From: Octopus bimaculoides
Taxonomy: Eukaryota
Reading direction: 5' to 3'
Assembly: GCF_001194135.2 (NCBI RefSeq)
Contig: NC_069003.1
Location: forward strand, 22,338,225-22,402,156
DNA length: 63,932 nt
The notes below the pieces were generated by a model, which saw nothing but the letters and a program-made list of their open reading frames with translations, had not been told where the DNA came from and did not search any database. Positions 37,767 to 49,960 of the stretch are shown here, one piece after another. The position numbers and the translations under genes are program-made. Position 1 is the first letter of the stretch. Each line of letters opens with the position of its first letter.

Positions 37767-39751
37767 NNNNNNNNNNNNNNNNNNNNNNNNNNNNNNNNNN
37801 NNNNNNNNNNNNNNNNNNNNNNNNNNNNNNNNNNNNNNNNNNNNNNNNNNNNNNNNNNNNNNNNNNNNNNNNNNNNNNNNNNNNNNNNNNNNNNNNNNNN
37901 NNNNNNNNNNNNNNNNNNNNNNNNNNNNNNNNNNNNNNNNNNNNNNNNNNNNNNNNNNNNNNNNNNNNNNNNNNNNNNNNNNNNNNNNNNNNNNNNNNNN
38001 NNNNNNNNNNNNNNNNNNNNNNNNNNNNNNNNNNNNNNNNNNNNNNNNNNNNNNNNNNNNNNNNNNNNNNNNNNNNNNNNNNNNNNNNNNNNNNNNNNNN
38101 NNNNNNNNNNNNNNNNNNNNNNNNNNNNNNNNNNNNNNNNNNNNNNNNNNNNNNNNNNNNNNNNNNNNNNNNNNNNNNNNNNNNNNNNNNNNNNNNNNNN
38201 NNNNNNNNNNNNNNNNNNNNNNNNNNNNNNNNNNNNNNNNNNNNNNNNNNNNNNNNNNNNNNNNNNNNNNNNNNNNNNNNNNNNNNNNNNNNNNNNNNNN
38301 NNNNNNNNNNNNNNNNNNNNNNNNNNNNNNNNNNNNNNNNNNNNNNNNNNNNNNNNNNNNNNNNNNNNNNNNNNNNNNNNNNNNNNNNNNNNNNNNNNNN
38401 NNNNNNNNNNNNNNNNNNNNNNNNNNNNNNNNNNNNNNNNNNNNNNNNNNNNNNNNNNNNNNNNNNNNNNNNNNNNNNNNNNNNNNNNNNNNNNNNNNNN
38501 NNNNNNNNNNNNNNNNNTCTCTTTTTAGATTTTTGTAAGGACTGGTGCCCCTTTATGTGAAATCTTTACGGAAATTACTACAGAACACAATGACTTACTA
38601 TGATGAAATTATATTTTAAATGATATAATTATAACAAAGAAATACATCACACTTTAAATTTTAGATAAAATATTATTATTGGTTTTTAATGAATCACATA
38701 TCCATACTATCAGTGTTTAATTAATTTTAATTAGTCTCATGGCTGACCGGTAACGTATTTTTCTGCATTATATGGATAATTTATCTTGATCGCGCTATTT
38801 ATAGCATTATCACGCGTTTGAGAAATAAATTTATTTCTGTATCTTACAATACATCTCAATGCTTTAAAAAAAGAAAAAAAAAACCAAACTTTGTTTACTT
38901 TCATCGTAAAGTTGAATTTTAATTAGATTTTAATTTTTAAAAATAACAGAAATATAAAATATTACTAAGGCACTGAGCAGGCAGAATTGTTAGCATGTTA
39001 TGCAAAATGCTTAGCAGCATTTTGTCTCCCTTTACATTCTGAGTTCAAATTCTGCTGAGGTAGACTCTGCCTTTCGTCCTTTTGGGGTCAATACAATAAG
39101 TACCAGTTGAGCACTGGAGTCAACGTAATCATCTTACCCACCTCTTTCAGACTTACTAGCCTTGTACCAAGATTTGAAAATCAAAAAGCTATTATTTTTC
39201 CATTTCCATCTGATGATTGACGGTAGTGGTGAATCACTGAAAAATCACTAATTGCCACCTGATGCTTGATAAGATTTTGCTAATTTAAAAAGATCAGGAT
39301 CACTATTTGACAAGCAGAACTTCAAATCTTCCCTTTTATCAAATTTCATAATCTACTTTACTGTTTAGCTGATGCTTGTACTTTGGACAACTATGCTGAA
39401 TTCTGTCTCTTGTGCTATGGACTATTATGCCAAATCCTGTCTCCATCAAGTATGAGGAAGAACACACTAACAACAATGACAACAACAATAACTTTACTCT
39501 CCCTGCCAAGAGAGGTATTTCTTTTGTCACATCACTGTTAAGACAATGTCCTGGTTATTTTCTAATTTTGACAAAGTTCATTATTTACATTTGACAGATA
39601 TTTGTCCTCATCCTGTTTGTTGTTTACATGTTTTGGCTAAAATACCCTCCAGCCTTCATCAGGGGAAATTTCGAACCTGGGTTCTCATTCCTAAGATATT
39701 TTTCAATATTATTATTACTACTACTACTACTACGACTACTATTATTATTCA

Positions 39752-39824
39752 GGTCACTGCCTGGAATCGAACTCAGAATCTTGGGGTTAGTAGCCCGCAA
39801 TCTTAACCACTACGCCATATGCCT
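39752..39824 (-). mobile_element. 73-nt tRNA-like SINE head (family E) with AAT/AGT tail
   Basis: A box TGGCGTAGTGG, B box GAGTTCGATTCC. Homologous to 50756-50828. Confidence 0.75.
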
Positions 39825-39855
39825 GTGGGCAATTATGGAGTTAATTTTAGGGCTT

Positions 39856-40380
39856 ATAAATCTAATATTTTTCTATCCTTCCTTAATACTGGTTCCCATA
39901 TGCTATTCATATCTGCACTCGGTCTGCTTAGGAGGTTGTTGTGTCCTAGCATATGTGCTGCTTCTTTTAAATTTTGTATTTTCCAGTGGTGTTCTCTGTC
40001 TATTATTTTAACTTCATCCCACAGGGGGAGGTGGTCTCCATTTTTCCATACATGATCAGCTATACCTGATTTATCAATATCTCCTCATGTCACAGCTTTG
40101 CGATGTTCCTCTACCCTTATTTTGAGGGGGCAGCATGTTTCGCCTTTGTATAACCTACCACAGCTGCATGGAATGGAGTACCAGCAGTCTTTGGTCATAT
40201 TCTCTTCTATTGGTGGTTTTACTCGAAGAAGATATTTGCGAAGTGTTGTATTACTCTTGAATACTGTCCTGATGACATATGGCCCGCATATGTTTTGTAT
40301 CTTTTCAGAGAGGCCTTTCACATAGGGTAGAGAGACTGGACAGTTCATTGACCTCATCCTCTCTCTTCTTCATAATTGGA
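39856..40380 (-). mobile_element. Penelope-like element, GIY-YIG endonuclease C-terminal fragment
   Basis: Translates VSLPYVKGLSEKIQNIC...WYSIPCSCGRLYKGETCCPLKIRVEEHRKAVT*GDIDKSGIADHVWKNGDHLPLWDEVKIIDREHHWKIQNLKEAAHM... One in-frame TGA interrupts it. Confidence 0.88.
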
Positions 40381-40559
40381 GTGTGTTAGCAACAAACAAG
40401 ATGTAGACAAATATCTGTCAAATGTAAATAATGTACATAATTCCTCATCTTTTAAATATAGAGCTATATTTGACAAAGTTGTTTTGTGAAAACGTATTCA
40501 AACTATTTTAAGTATTACATCTGGTTTAAATATTTTATTTCTAAGTATTTTATTTCATA

Positions 40560-40961
40560 GGTGCAGGAGTGGCTGTGTGGTAAGTAGCTTGCTTACCAAC
40601 CACATGGTTCCGGGTTCAGTCCCACTGCGTGGCACCTTGGGCAAGTGTCTTCTACTATAGCCTCGGGCCGACCAAAGCCTTGTGAGTGGATTTGGTAGAC
40701 GGAAACTGAAAGAAGCCCATCGTATATATGTATATATATATATGTATGTGTGTTTGTGTGTCTGTGTTTGTCCCCCCAACATCGCTTGACAACCGATGCT
40801 GGTGTGTTTAGGTCCCCGTAACTTAGCGGTTCGGCAAAAAGAGACCGATAGAATAAGTACTAGGCTTACAAAGAATAAGTCCTGGGGTCGATTTTGTCGA
40901 CTAAAGGCAGTGCTCCAGCATGGCCACAGTCAAATGACTGAAACACGTAAACGAGTAGAGT
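40560..40961 (+). mobile_element. tRNA-derived SINE, family B, young full-length copy flanked by a 48-bp direct repeat
   Basis: CpG-rich, near-consensus. Flanks 40500-40547 and 40962-41009 are identical at 47/48. Confidence 0.9.
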
Positions 40962-41020
40962 AAACTATTTTAAGTATTATATCTGGTTTAAATATTTTAT
41001 TTCTAAGTAAAATCACCCCC

Positions 41021-41051
<31 letters not shown>

Positions 41052-42899
41052 GAACACCCAGTGCTCCCTTGTGAGCTCACAATTCCTCCAAGGGAGGTAG
41101 TGCTACCACCCAGGTTCAGAGCCACTGATTTACATTTGATAAACTGACCTAGTAAGACAGTTGTGGTTTATAGTATATCATCTAAGACATGCTACAAGTT
41201 ATTGGAAACTTGTCTGGCTGTCCAATACTACCAACTCAGCACTGACAGAACATAAATATGCTTCAAAGTTTACAACAGCGTGAACTCTCGTGTTTTAATA
41301 ATTGACTTGAACCTATCTTGATCTCTTAGCTGAAATCCTGTTCCACAACAGACAATTATATGGTCTCTTCAAGTTGAACCTGAGCAGTAGTTGGACAGAC
41401 ATCACAAATTTATCTTAAAACATGAAAAACACAGGCCAGAAACAGCTACTATGCCTTCATTTGTCACAGCCATACTTATAATTACTGTGAACAGTCCAGT
41501 ATTATGGGGAACTGTGTGATACATCCAACAATGATTTTACAGCTCACATGTGTAAATGTATGCACGTATGTGTATGCATATATAAGGTACATAAACATAA
41601 ATGTAGGTCTGTGTGCATATACACATTATATAGTATGTATGTATGTGTCTATTATGTATCATCATCATCATTATTTAACATCCGCTTTCAAAGCTAGCAT
41701 GGGATGGACAGTTTGATCAAAGCTGGTAAGCTTGAGATAGCTGCACCAGGATCTAGTCTATTTTGCCTTGGTTTCTACAGTTGGATGCCCTTCCTAATGC
41801 CAACCACTTTACAGAGTGTACTGGGTGCCTTTTATATGTCACTGGCACTGACCACAAACAAGATTTCATTTAGCTTGACATGTCTTTTCAAGCAAAGCAA
41901 ATCGCCAGAAGTCTTGGTCACTTGTCATTGCCTCCGTGAGATTCAGCAACCGAAGATCATATTTCACCACTCCATCCCATGTCTTCTTGTCTGTGTATAT
42001 TTACATACATTATGTGCATATATGTATGTGTGTGTATATATATATATATATTCGGTGCGAATGGTTTTATTACCGTGTTTTACAATCCTGTAATTAATAG
42101 TGTTTATNNNNNNNNNNNNNNNNNNNNNNNNNNNNNNNNNNNNNNNNNNNNNNNNNNNNNNNNNNNNNNNNNNNNNNNNNNNNNNNNNNNNNNNNNNNNN
42201 NNNNNNNNNNNNNNNNNNNNNNNNNNNNNNNNNNNNNNNNNNNNNNNNNNNNNNNNNNNNNNNNNNNNNNNNNNNNNNNNNNNNNNNNNNNNNNNNNNNN
42301 NNNNNNNNNNNNNNNNNNNNNNNNNNNNNNNNNNNNNNNNNNNNNNNNNNNNNNNNNNNNNNNNNNNNNNNNNNNNNNNNNNNNNNNNNNNNNNNNNNNN
42401 NNNNNNNNNNNNNNNNNNNNNNNNNNNNNNNNNNNNNNNNNNNNNNNNNNNNNNNNNNNNNNNNNNNNNNNNNNNNNNNNNNNNNNNNNNNNNNNNNNNN
42501 NNNNNNNNNNNNNNNNNNNNNNNNNNNNNNNNNNNNNNNNNNNNNNNNNNNNNNNNNNNNNNNNNNNNNNNNNNNNNNNNNNNNNNNNNNNNNNNNNNNN
42601 NNNNNNNNNNNNNNNNNNNNNNNNNNNNNNNNNNNNNNNNNNNNNNNNNNNNNNNNNNNNNNNNNNCTGCTTAAACTTCCAAAGGAGTAAGTGTAAACAG
42701 CTGAATACTTGTCAGTGATTGGTTGAAATTATCGAAATAAGACAATTTTTTACATGAAATAAATTCGAATAGAAAAATTTATTTCTGTTCTATAACACAA
42801 AATAGATAAGTATACGAAGTTTGAAAGTCTTTCGGTACCAAAAACACTACATAAAACATAAATGAAAACTGGTGCCCCCGTTTTGAACAAGATCCTTAT

Positions 42900-42938
<39 letters not shown>

Positions 42939-43129
42939 ATACGTACCTGATGTACATATGTGTATATACATACATTATATACGTATATGCTATTGTGTTA
43001 ATAAAGACTAGAAAGTAAATAATTTGGCTAAACACATATGTGTTAATGTTGGTTTTATCTTTTGGCTTGTAGTTTTTGATTTTTGTGAATAGAGAATTGG
43101 GTTGGAGGGCCAAAAACTGAAGACCTGTG

Positions 43130-43194
43130 TGTGTGTCTCAGAGAGAGAGAGAAAGAGTATGTGCATGTGTGAGAGAGAGTGTAGATGCAATTGT

Positions 43195-43228
<34 letters not shown>

Positions 43229-43269
43229 AAGAGTGTGTAGATGCGATTGTGTGTGAGAAAGAGTGTATA

Positions 43270-43302
<33 letters not shown>

Positions 43303-43410
43303 AAAAGAGTGTGTAGATGCGATTGTGTGTGAGAAAGAGGGTATGTGAATGCAATTGTCTGTGTGTGTGTGAGAAAGAGTGTGTAGATGCAATTGTGTGT
43401 GTGTAGTCTG
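43130..43410. repeat. TG/AG-derived minisatellite (gtgtgtagatgc(g/a)attgtgtgtgagaaaga motif)
   Basis: The motif recurs at least four times, separated by variable (TG)n/(AG)n. Confidence 0.8.
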
Positions 43411-44180
43411 TTTTACCAATTTCAGAGAGTGGCCAGTTACAGCAGGCCATGTTATACATCTCACATGTTAAGCAATCAGATAGAGGCGGAATCACTGTCA
43501 CTACTCCAACCACCACCTCGCCTCCAGTCCAGCCAGCCCTACCTTTATCATTACAACAGTCTCCTGACAACTGATATAAACTCTGCTAATTTACCTGCTT
43601 TGTAGTGATAGTAGAGGTGGTGGTGGTGGTGGTGGTGGTGGTGGTATGCTGCTGGAAGGAGATTGATGAAGGCAGTGGTGATGGTGATGCCCTGCTCAGT
43701 AGGGGGGGGGAGTTTGGCTGGACTCACATTACCAGTCAGATATAAATTATCTTCTCGTAGTCGTAGTGATGGTGATATATAATAGCAACATGTGGTGGTT
43801 GCAGGTGGGGTGAAGTGGAGGGAGTACTAATGGTGGTGTATGGTGATGAAATTTAAAGAAAATGAAATGATTATACACACACACACACACACATATGTAT
43901 AACACATACAATCTTGGATACACATACACACAATCCCATATCTACAAGCACACACAAACATTCACTACACACAAGCACACACACACACACACATCACTCA
44001 TGAATAATCACATCTATGCACACACATACAAACCACATAGCTACACACACACACATTACAAACTACATATCTACACGCACACAAAGTACATATCTACAAT
44101 ACACACACACAAGCTACATACCCCCCCCCACACACACATACAAACTGCATATCTCCACACACACAAACTGCATATCTACA

Positions 44181-44236
<56 letters not shown>

Positions 44237-44937
44237 AAAGCAAAACTAAAAGACTTGAATCTCCACTTCCATTCCCAAGTAATGAAATGCAGATAAAATA
44301 CAAAACTAATTGGTGAAAATAATTACGACTAGCTGTAATTAATTATGTTACAGTGAAATATATAACAAATTATCAGTGTTTGTACGACTCAGAACAGGTT
44401 GGGTGACCTCTTGTTAAACTATGTGACCATTCAATGAAGGAACCTCGTTTCATCTGCTAGAAATAGCAGCCAATTCTCATTCAAATCACACATAATAACT
44501 TAAAAAAAGGAAAAGGAAGGACACATTGGATTGTACTGTTCAATAACCTTAAAAAGATGGATGATCACGATTGGATCACGTCTGATCAAACATAGGTCCT
44601 GCAATGACCTGCAATGACCTGGAGCTAAGCAACAATAAATTTAAAATTCTGGAAGGTCACAAGCGGACTGGCTTTGATCATAGATCAGTGTGTAGGAGGT
44701 GAGGTGAGCATCTTAGAGACCAGTGGTGTTGGTAGGTGGGGGTATGTAGTACAGTAGGGGGAGGGTAGGCGAGTAACAAAGAATTTACTAGAAATTGAAA
44801 GAAGAGTGAGAGGGAAGATCTGTTTTTTTTTTAAAATCTGAAGCTCATTTTGTTGTTATTTGACCCCAGGTAGCTCTGATCAAAAATACCTATCAGCAAA
44901 GATATTCTACCTGTAACCATTCTTTTTTATTTTTCTA

Positions 44938-45099
44938 TATAGGTGCATGGCTGTGTGGTAAGAAGCTTGTTTCCCAACCACATGGTTCCAGGTTCAGTCC
45001 CACTGTGTAACACCTTTGGTAAGTGTTTTCCACCATAACCTCAGGCTGACCAAAGCCTTGTGAGTGGATTTGGTAGACAGAAACTGAAAGAAGCTCACC

Positions 45100-45135
<36 letters not shown>

Positions 45136-45355
45136 ATTTGTGTGTGTATGCGTCCACTGCCACCACTTGAAAACCGGTGTTGGTGTGTTTACATTCCCAT
45201 AACTTACCAGTTTGGCAAAAGAGATTTATAGAATAAGTACCAGGCTTTACAAAAAATAATAAGTACTGTGGTCGATAAGTTTGACCAAATTTTTTCAAGG
45301 CAGTGCCCCAACATGGCCACTTTCTAATGACTGGAACAAATAAAGGATAAAAGAT
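44938..45355 (+). mobile_element. tRNA-derived SINE, family B
   Basis: Full head, core and tail. Confidence 0.8.
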
Positions 45356-45589
45356 ATACCAAATCTAGAAACACATTATTCAATGTTCTTTGAAAAGTTT
45401 ACAATGAGATTACACATCCACTAATGATGTTCATTGGGGCAGAAACTCATCTGAAGTTGTCTCCCATACATGACAAAAAATATAAGTCATTAACCATTAG
45501 CTTGTCCCTATACTGTCCATATTATTTTACTCTAAATTTTTAATTATCTTTCATTACCATCATCATTAGGGTAATGGGTAAAGACCCCC

Positions 45590-45900
45590 TTCAGTCATGA
45601 ATAACTATGGGATTGCACCTAGAAAGTTCCCCTCCAAGGTACAAGTCCGGGCAAGGTTGTTTATTGAAGACCAACAATTGCCCATGCATACCCTCTCCAC
45701 GCCACTGATGTTATCCAAGGGAAAGGCTGATACAGCTTGGCACCAATGACGTCGCAACTCGTTTCTACAGCTGAGTGAACTGGAGCAACGTGAAATAAAG
45801 TGTCTTGCTCAAGATCACAACACACCACATGGTCCAGGAATCGAACTCACTACCTCATGATTGTGAGCCCGATGTTCTAACCACTGAGCCATGTACCTTC
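45590..45900 (-). mobile_element. tRNA-derived SINE related to family A with a different 3' tail; fragments at about 59330-59520 and 3150-3240
   Basis: Head tggctcagtggttaga...gagttcgattcc, core cttgagcaagacactttatttcacgttgctccagttcactcagctg, 3' ...ttcatgactgaagggg. Confidence 0.7.
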
Positions 45901-46059
45901 ACCATCAACAGCATTGATTTCATGTGGGTTATTTTTTTCTATGTTAGCATGGATTGGACAATACTTGCTGAGGCAGTCTTCTATGGCTGGTTGTCTTTCC
46001 TGACACCAAACTTTACTTGTTTTTAAGTATTTTTTTTTTATTCCACAGGTATTTTACAT

Positions 46060-46343
46060 GCTGGTGCCACATAAAAAGCACCCATGCTGGTGTCACATAA
46101 AAAGTGCCTGTGCTGGTGCCACGTAAAAAGCAGCCGTGCCGGCCTCACATAAAAAGCACCAGTGTTGGTGCCACATAAAAAGCGCCTGTGCTGGTGCCAT
46201 ATAAATAGCCCGTGTTGGTGTCACATAGCTAACACCTGTGCTGGTGCCACATTAAAAGCACCCATGCTGGTGCTACATTAAAAGCACTTGTGTTGGTTCC
46301 ATGCATAAAGCACTAATGCTGCTACCACATGTAAAGCACCCAG
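46060..46343 (+). repeat. Tandem array of about 11 x 26-bp palindromic units forming the 5' part of a family D element (to about 46510)
   Basis: Consensus gctggtgccacataaaaagcacccat, units contiguous with no spacers. Confidence 0.9.
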
Positions 46344-46624
46344 TACACTCTGTACAGTGGCTGGCATTAGGAAAGGCATCCAGTTGTAGAAACCAGGCCA
46401 AACCAGACAATTGGAGCATGGACAGCTCTCCGGTTTTCTGGTTCCAGTCAAACCATCTAACCCATACCAGCTTGGAAAATGGACGTTAAATGATGATGAT
46501 GATGATGATACATATACCTCTGTGTGCGTATATGCTTGTATGTAGGAATGCATATGGACACCATCCCACACTAAATTTTAAAAAACAATAAAATAAAATA
46601 AAATAATAATCATTATTATTGATA

Positions 46625-46781
46625 AAGCACCCACTACACTCTCAGAGTGGTTGGCGTTAGGAAGGGCATCCAGCTGTAGAAACTCTGCCAAATGGGATTG
46701 GAGCCTGGTGTAGCCATCTGGTTTCACCAGTCCTCAGTCAAATCGTCCAACCTATGCTAGCATGGAAAGCGGACGTTAAAC

Positions 46782-46840
<59 letters not shown>
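46625..46840 (+). mobile_element. Family D element with a long (GAT)n tail
   Basis: Near-consensus core ending ggacgttaaac(gat)n. Confidence 0.85.
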
Positions 46841-47599
46841 AAACAATTTCAGCTTGAGGAACATCAAGTGAGCCTTCTTAGCAGAGAATATTTTTCAAGT
46901 GATTGTACCATCCTAGTTTAGTGGATGGAACTGAGTTACATCCTGTTGCTTATAAAACAGCTCAAATTTCCCACATGACGTCAGGTCCGTTTCATGTTGA
47001 TCACAACAACATACACATAAACAATAATGTAAGTATTATAGAAAGAAAGTGACACACACAAATACACACAGAGATACATACATGCATATATATATGTGCA
47101 AATACACACATAGATACAAATGCGTGTGCGCGCACGCAAACACACACTTATGCCAGGCATTTTACTTCTTTGATAAAAATATAAAAGTTAGACACAAAGC
47201 AAACAAAAAAAAAACAGGTTACTGTATTGAACTTCATCTCCCTGAACGTCATGTAAACTGTGTCATGATATTGTGTGTGTGAAGGTGGGGAGGATAGGAT
47301 TATAGTTTCAACACGTCCAAAAATAAACACAAAATGTTTACAAAGCATGCATGAACAAAAATGTACCCATATACACAGCCACACATACACTCTAGGACTA
47401 TCCTCACACATACATCAGTGTTTTCAAAAATGGTAGAATATATAGTTAGGTGCAAGCGTGGCAGTGTGGTAAGAAGCTTGTTTCCCAACTGGGTTCAGTC
47501 CCACTACATAACACCTTGGGTAAGTGTCTTCTACTATAGCTTTGGGCAAACCAAAGTCTTGAGAATGGATTTGGTAGACAGAAATTGAAAGAAGCTAGT

Positions 47600-47642
<43 letters not shown>

Positions 47643-48610
47643 NNNNNNNNNNNNNNNNNNNNNNNNNNNNNNNNNNNNNNNNNNNNNNNNNNNNNNNNNN
47701 NNNNNNNNNNNNNNNNNNNNNNNNNNNNNNNNNNNNNNNNNNNNNNNNNNNNNNNNNNNNNNNNNNNNNNNNNNNNNNNNNNNNNNNNNNNNNNNNNNNN
47801 NNNNNNNNNNNNNNNNNNNNNNNNNNNNNNNNNNNNNNNNNNNNNNNNNNNNNNNNNNNNNNNNNNNNNNNNNNNNNNNNNNNNNNNNNNNNNNNNNNNN
47901 NNNNNNNNNNNNNNNNNNNNNNNNNNNNNNNNNNNNNNNNNNNNNNNNNNNNNNNNNNNNNNNNNNNNNNNNNNNNNNNNNNNNNNNNNNNNNNNNNNNN
48001 NNNNNNNNNNNNNNNNNNNNNNNNNNNNNNNNNNNNNNNNNNNNNNNNNNNNNNNNNNNNNNNNNNNNNNNNNNNNNNNNNNNNNNNNNNNNNNNNNNNN
48101 NNNNNNNNNNNNNNNNNNNNNNNNNNNNNNNNNNNNNNNNNNNNNNNNNNNNNNNNNNNNNNNNNNNNNNNNNNNNNNNNNNNNNNNNNNNNNNNNNNNN
48201 NNNNNNNNNNNNNNNNNNNNNNNNNNNNNNNNNNNNNNNNNNNNNNNNNNNNNNNNNNNNNNNNNNNNNNNNNNNNNNNNNNNNNNNNNNNNNNNNNNNN
48301 NNNNNNNNNNNNNNNNNNNNNNNNNNNNNNNNNNNNNNNNNNNNNNNNNNNNNNNNNNNNNNNNNNNNNNNNNNNNNNNNNNNNNNNNNNNNNNNNNNNN
48401 NNNNNNNNNNNNNNNNNNNNNNNNNNNNNNNNNNNNNNNNNNNNNNNNNNNNNNNNNNNNNNNNNNNNNNNNNNNNNNNNNNNNNNNNNNNNNNNNNNNN
48501 NNNNNNNNNNNNNNNNNNNNNNNNNNNNNNNNNNNNNNNNNNNNNNNNNNNNNNNNNNNNNNNNNNNNNNNNNNNNNNNNNNNNNNNNNNNNNNNNNNNN
48601 NNNNNNNNNN

Positions 48611-48825
48611 AAGCAGTCGATATCCTCCACCATCATCACTACAAGAACGGGAGACTGTTTTAGCTAAAGAATGGACAAAATTTCCTTTGGAAACAATTCA
48701 AACTTTGTACGAGTCCATACCCCGTAGAATTCAAGCTGTAATTACTGCCAAAGGTGGTCCTACCCCATATCAAAATAAATTTGTTTGAAATTTTAAGGTG
48801 TTTCCATTATATTGTCCAAGCCCTG
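48611..48825 (+). mobile_element. Tc1-like transposon 3' end (transposase C-terminus plus right TIR)
   Basis: Translates RYPPPSSLQERETVLAKEWTKFPLETIQTLYESIPRRIQAVITAKGGPTPY. TIR gtttccattatattgtccaagccctg. The 5' part is hidden in the N gap. Confidence 0.88.
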
Positions 48826-49188
48826 TGGTTAGGGCAGCGGACTCGCGGTTGTAGGATCGCAGTTTCAATTCCCAGACCAGGCGTTGTGAGTGTTTATTGA
48901 GCGAAAACACCTAAAGCTCCACGAGGCTCCCGCAGGAGATGGTGGCAAACCCTGCTGTGCTCTTTCACCACAACTTTCTCTCACTCTTACTTCCTGTTTC
49001 TGTTGTGCCTGTAATTCAAAGGGCCAGCCTTGTCACACTGTGTCACACTGAATATCCCCTATAACTACGTTAAGGGTACACATGTCTGTGGAGTGCTTAG
49101 CCACTTGCACGATAATTTCACGAGCAGGCTGTTCCGTTGATCGGATCAACTGGAACCCTCGACATCGCTTACGACGTTGTGCCAACAA
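48821..49188 (+). mobile_element. Family A SINE, 5'-clipped
   Basis: Matches family A from gtggttagggcagcgg to gtgccaacaa. Confidence 0.85.
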
Positions 49189-49726
49189 ACATTATCATTC
49201 ATTTTGTTCATCAAATACAAGTACACTTATATTCATCACTATTTTATTTATTTTATTCAATTTTAGAAAAATTGAAGTATGTCTGACAATTCCAGTGCAT
49301 ATTCAATTTTATTTTGTGCGTGACTTTTGGCTCACCCTGTATATATATGGACGCACACACACACACACATGAGAAAGAGAAAATCAAGTACAACAGCATG
49401 GTTGTTATCCAACTTGTTACTATTTTATTCCCTGGTGTTCTAATTTCAATACTAGAATTAGAACAAACATCATCATCCTGACACCCATAAAGTAATAAAT
49501 CCAGAAGGGTAGAGACTGGCTAAGATACCAAATTGGATATGGTAATAATCAGATAGTGTAGGGAACAGGATATTCAATAATGATAACAGTTACTAACAAA
49601 AGTCTTGTCACCAGTTGACCATTGCTTCTATGGCCCACACAACTTGATTCATAGTAACTGAATCAGCCTGTTTCTAAGCTGGTATCACATGGTGGACAGT
49701 TAAAAATAACCCACACACTTAACTTT

Positions 49727-49960
49727 ATGACGGCGAGCTGGCAGAACCGTTAGCACACCGGGCGAAATGCTTAGCGGTATTTCGTCTGCCCGCTACGTTC
49801 TGAGTTCAAATTCCGCCGAGGTCGACTTTGCCTTTCATCCTTTCGGGGTCGATTAAATAAGTACCAGTTACGCACTGGGGTCGATATAATCGATTTAATC
49901 CGTTTGTCTGTCCTTGTTTGTCCCCTCTGTGTGTAGCCCCTTGTGTGTAGTAAAGAAATA
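49727..49960 (+). mobile_element. Family C SINE, young full-length copy with 14-bp TSD
   Basis: TSD acacacttaacttt at 49713-49726 and 49961-49974. CpG-rich. B box gagttcaaattcc. Confidence 0.9.

Noticed and set aside
39200-39250. CTGATGA...GAAA word pair
   Set aside because: No convincing stems I-III; expected by chance.
39628-40011. ORFs 39628-40011 (+) and 50584-50880 (-) sharing LLLLFRSL.GI.L..LGLVAR.LNHYAIC as a duplicated gene
   Set aside because: The shared peptide is the antisense translation of the family E tRNA-like head and its (AAT)n tail.
46060-46343. CRISPR array
   Set aside because: The units are contiguous with no unique spacers, there are no cas genes, the DNA is eukaryotic, and the unit recurs as the leader of family D elements.
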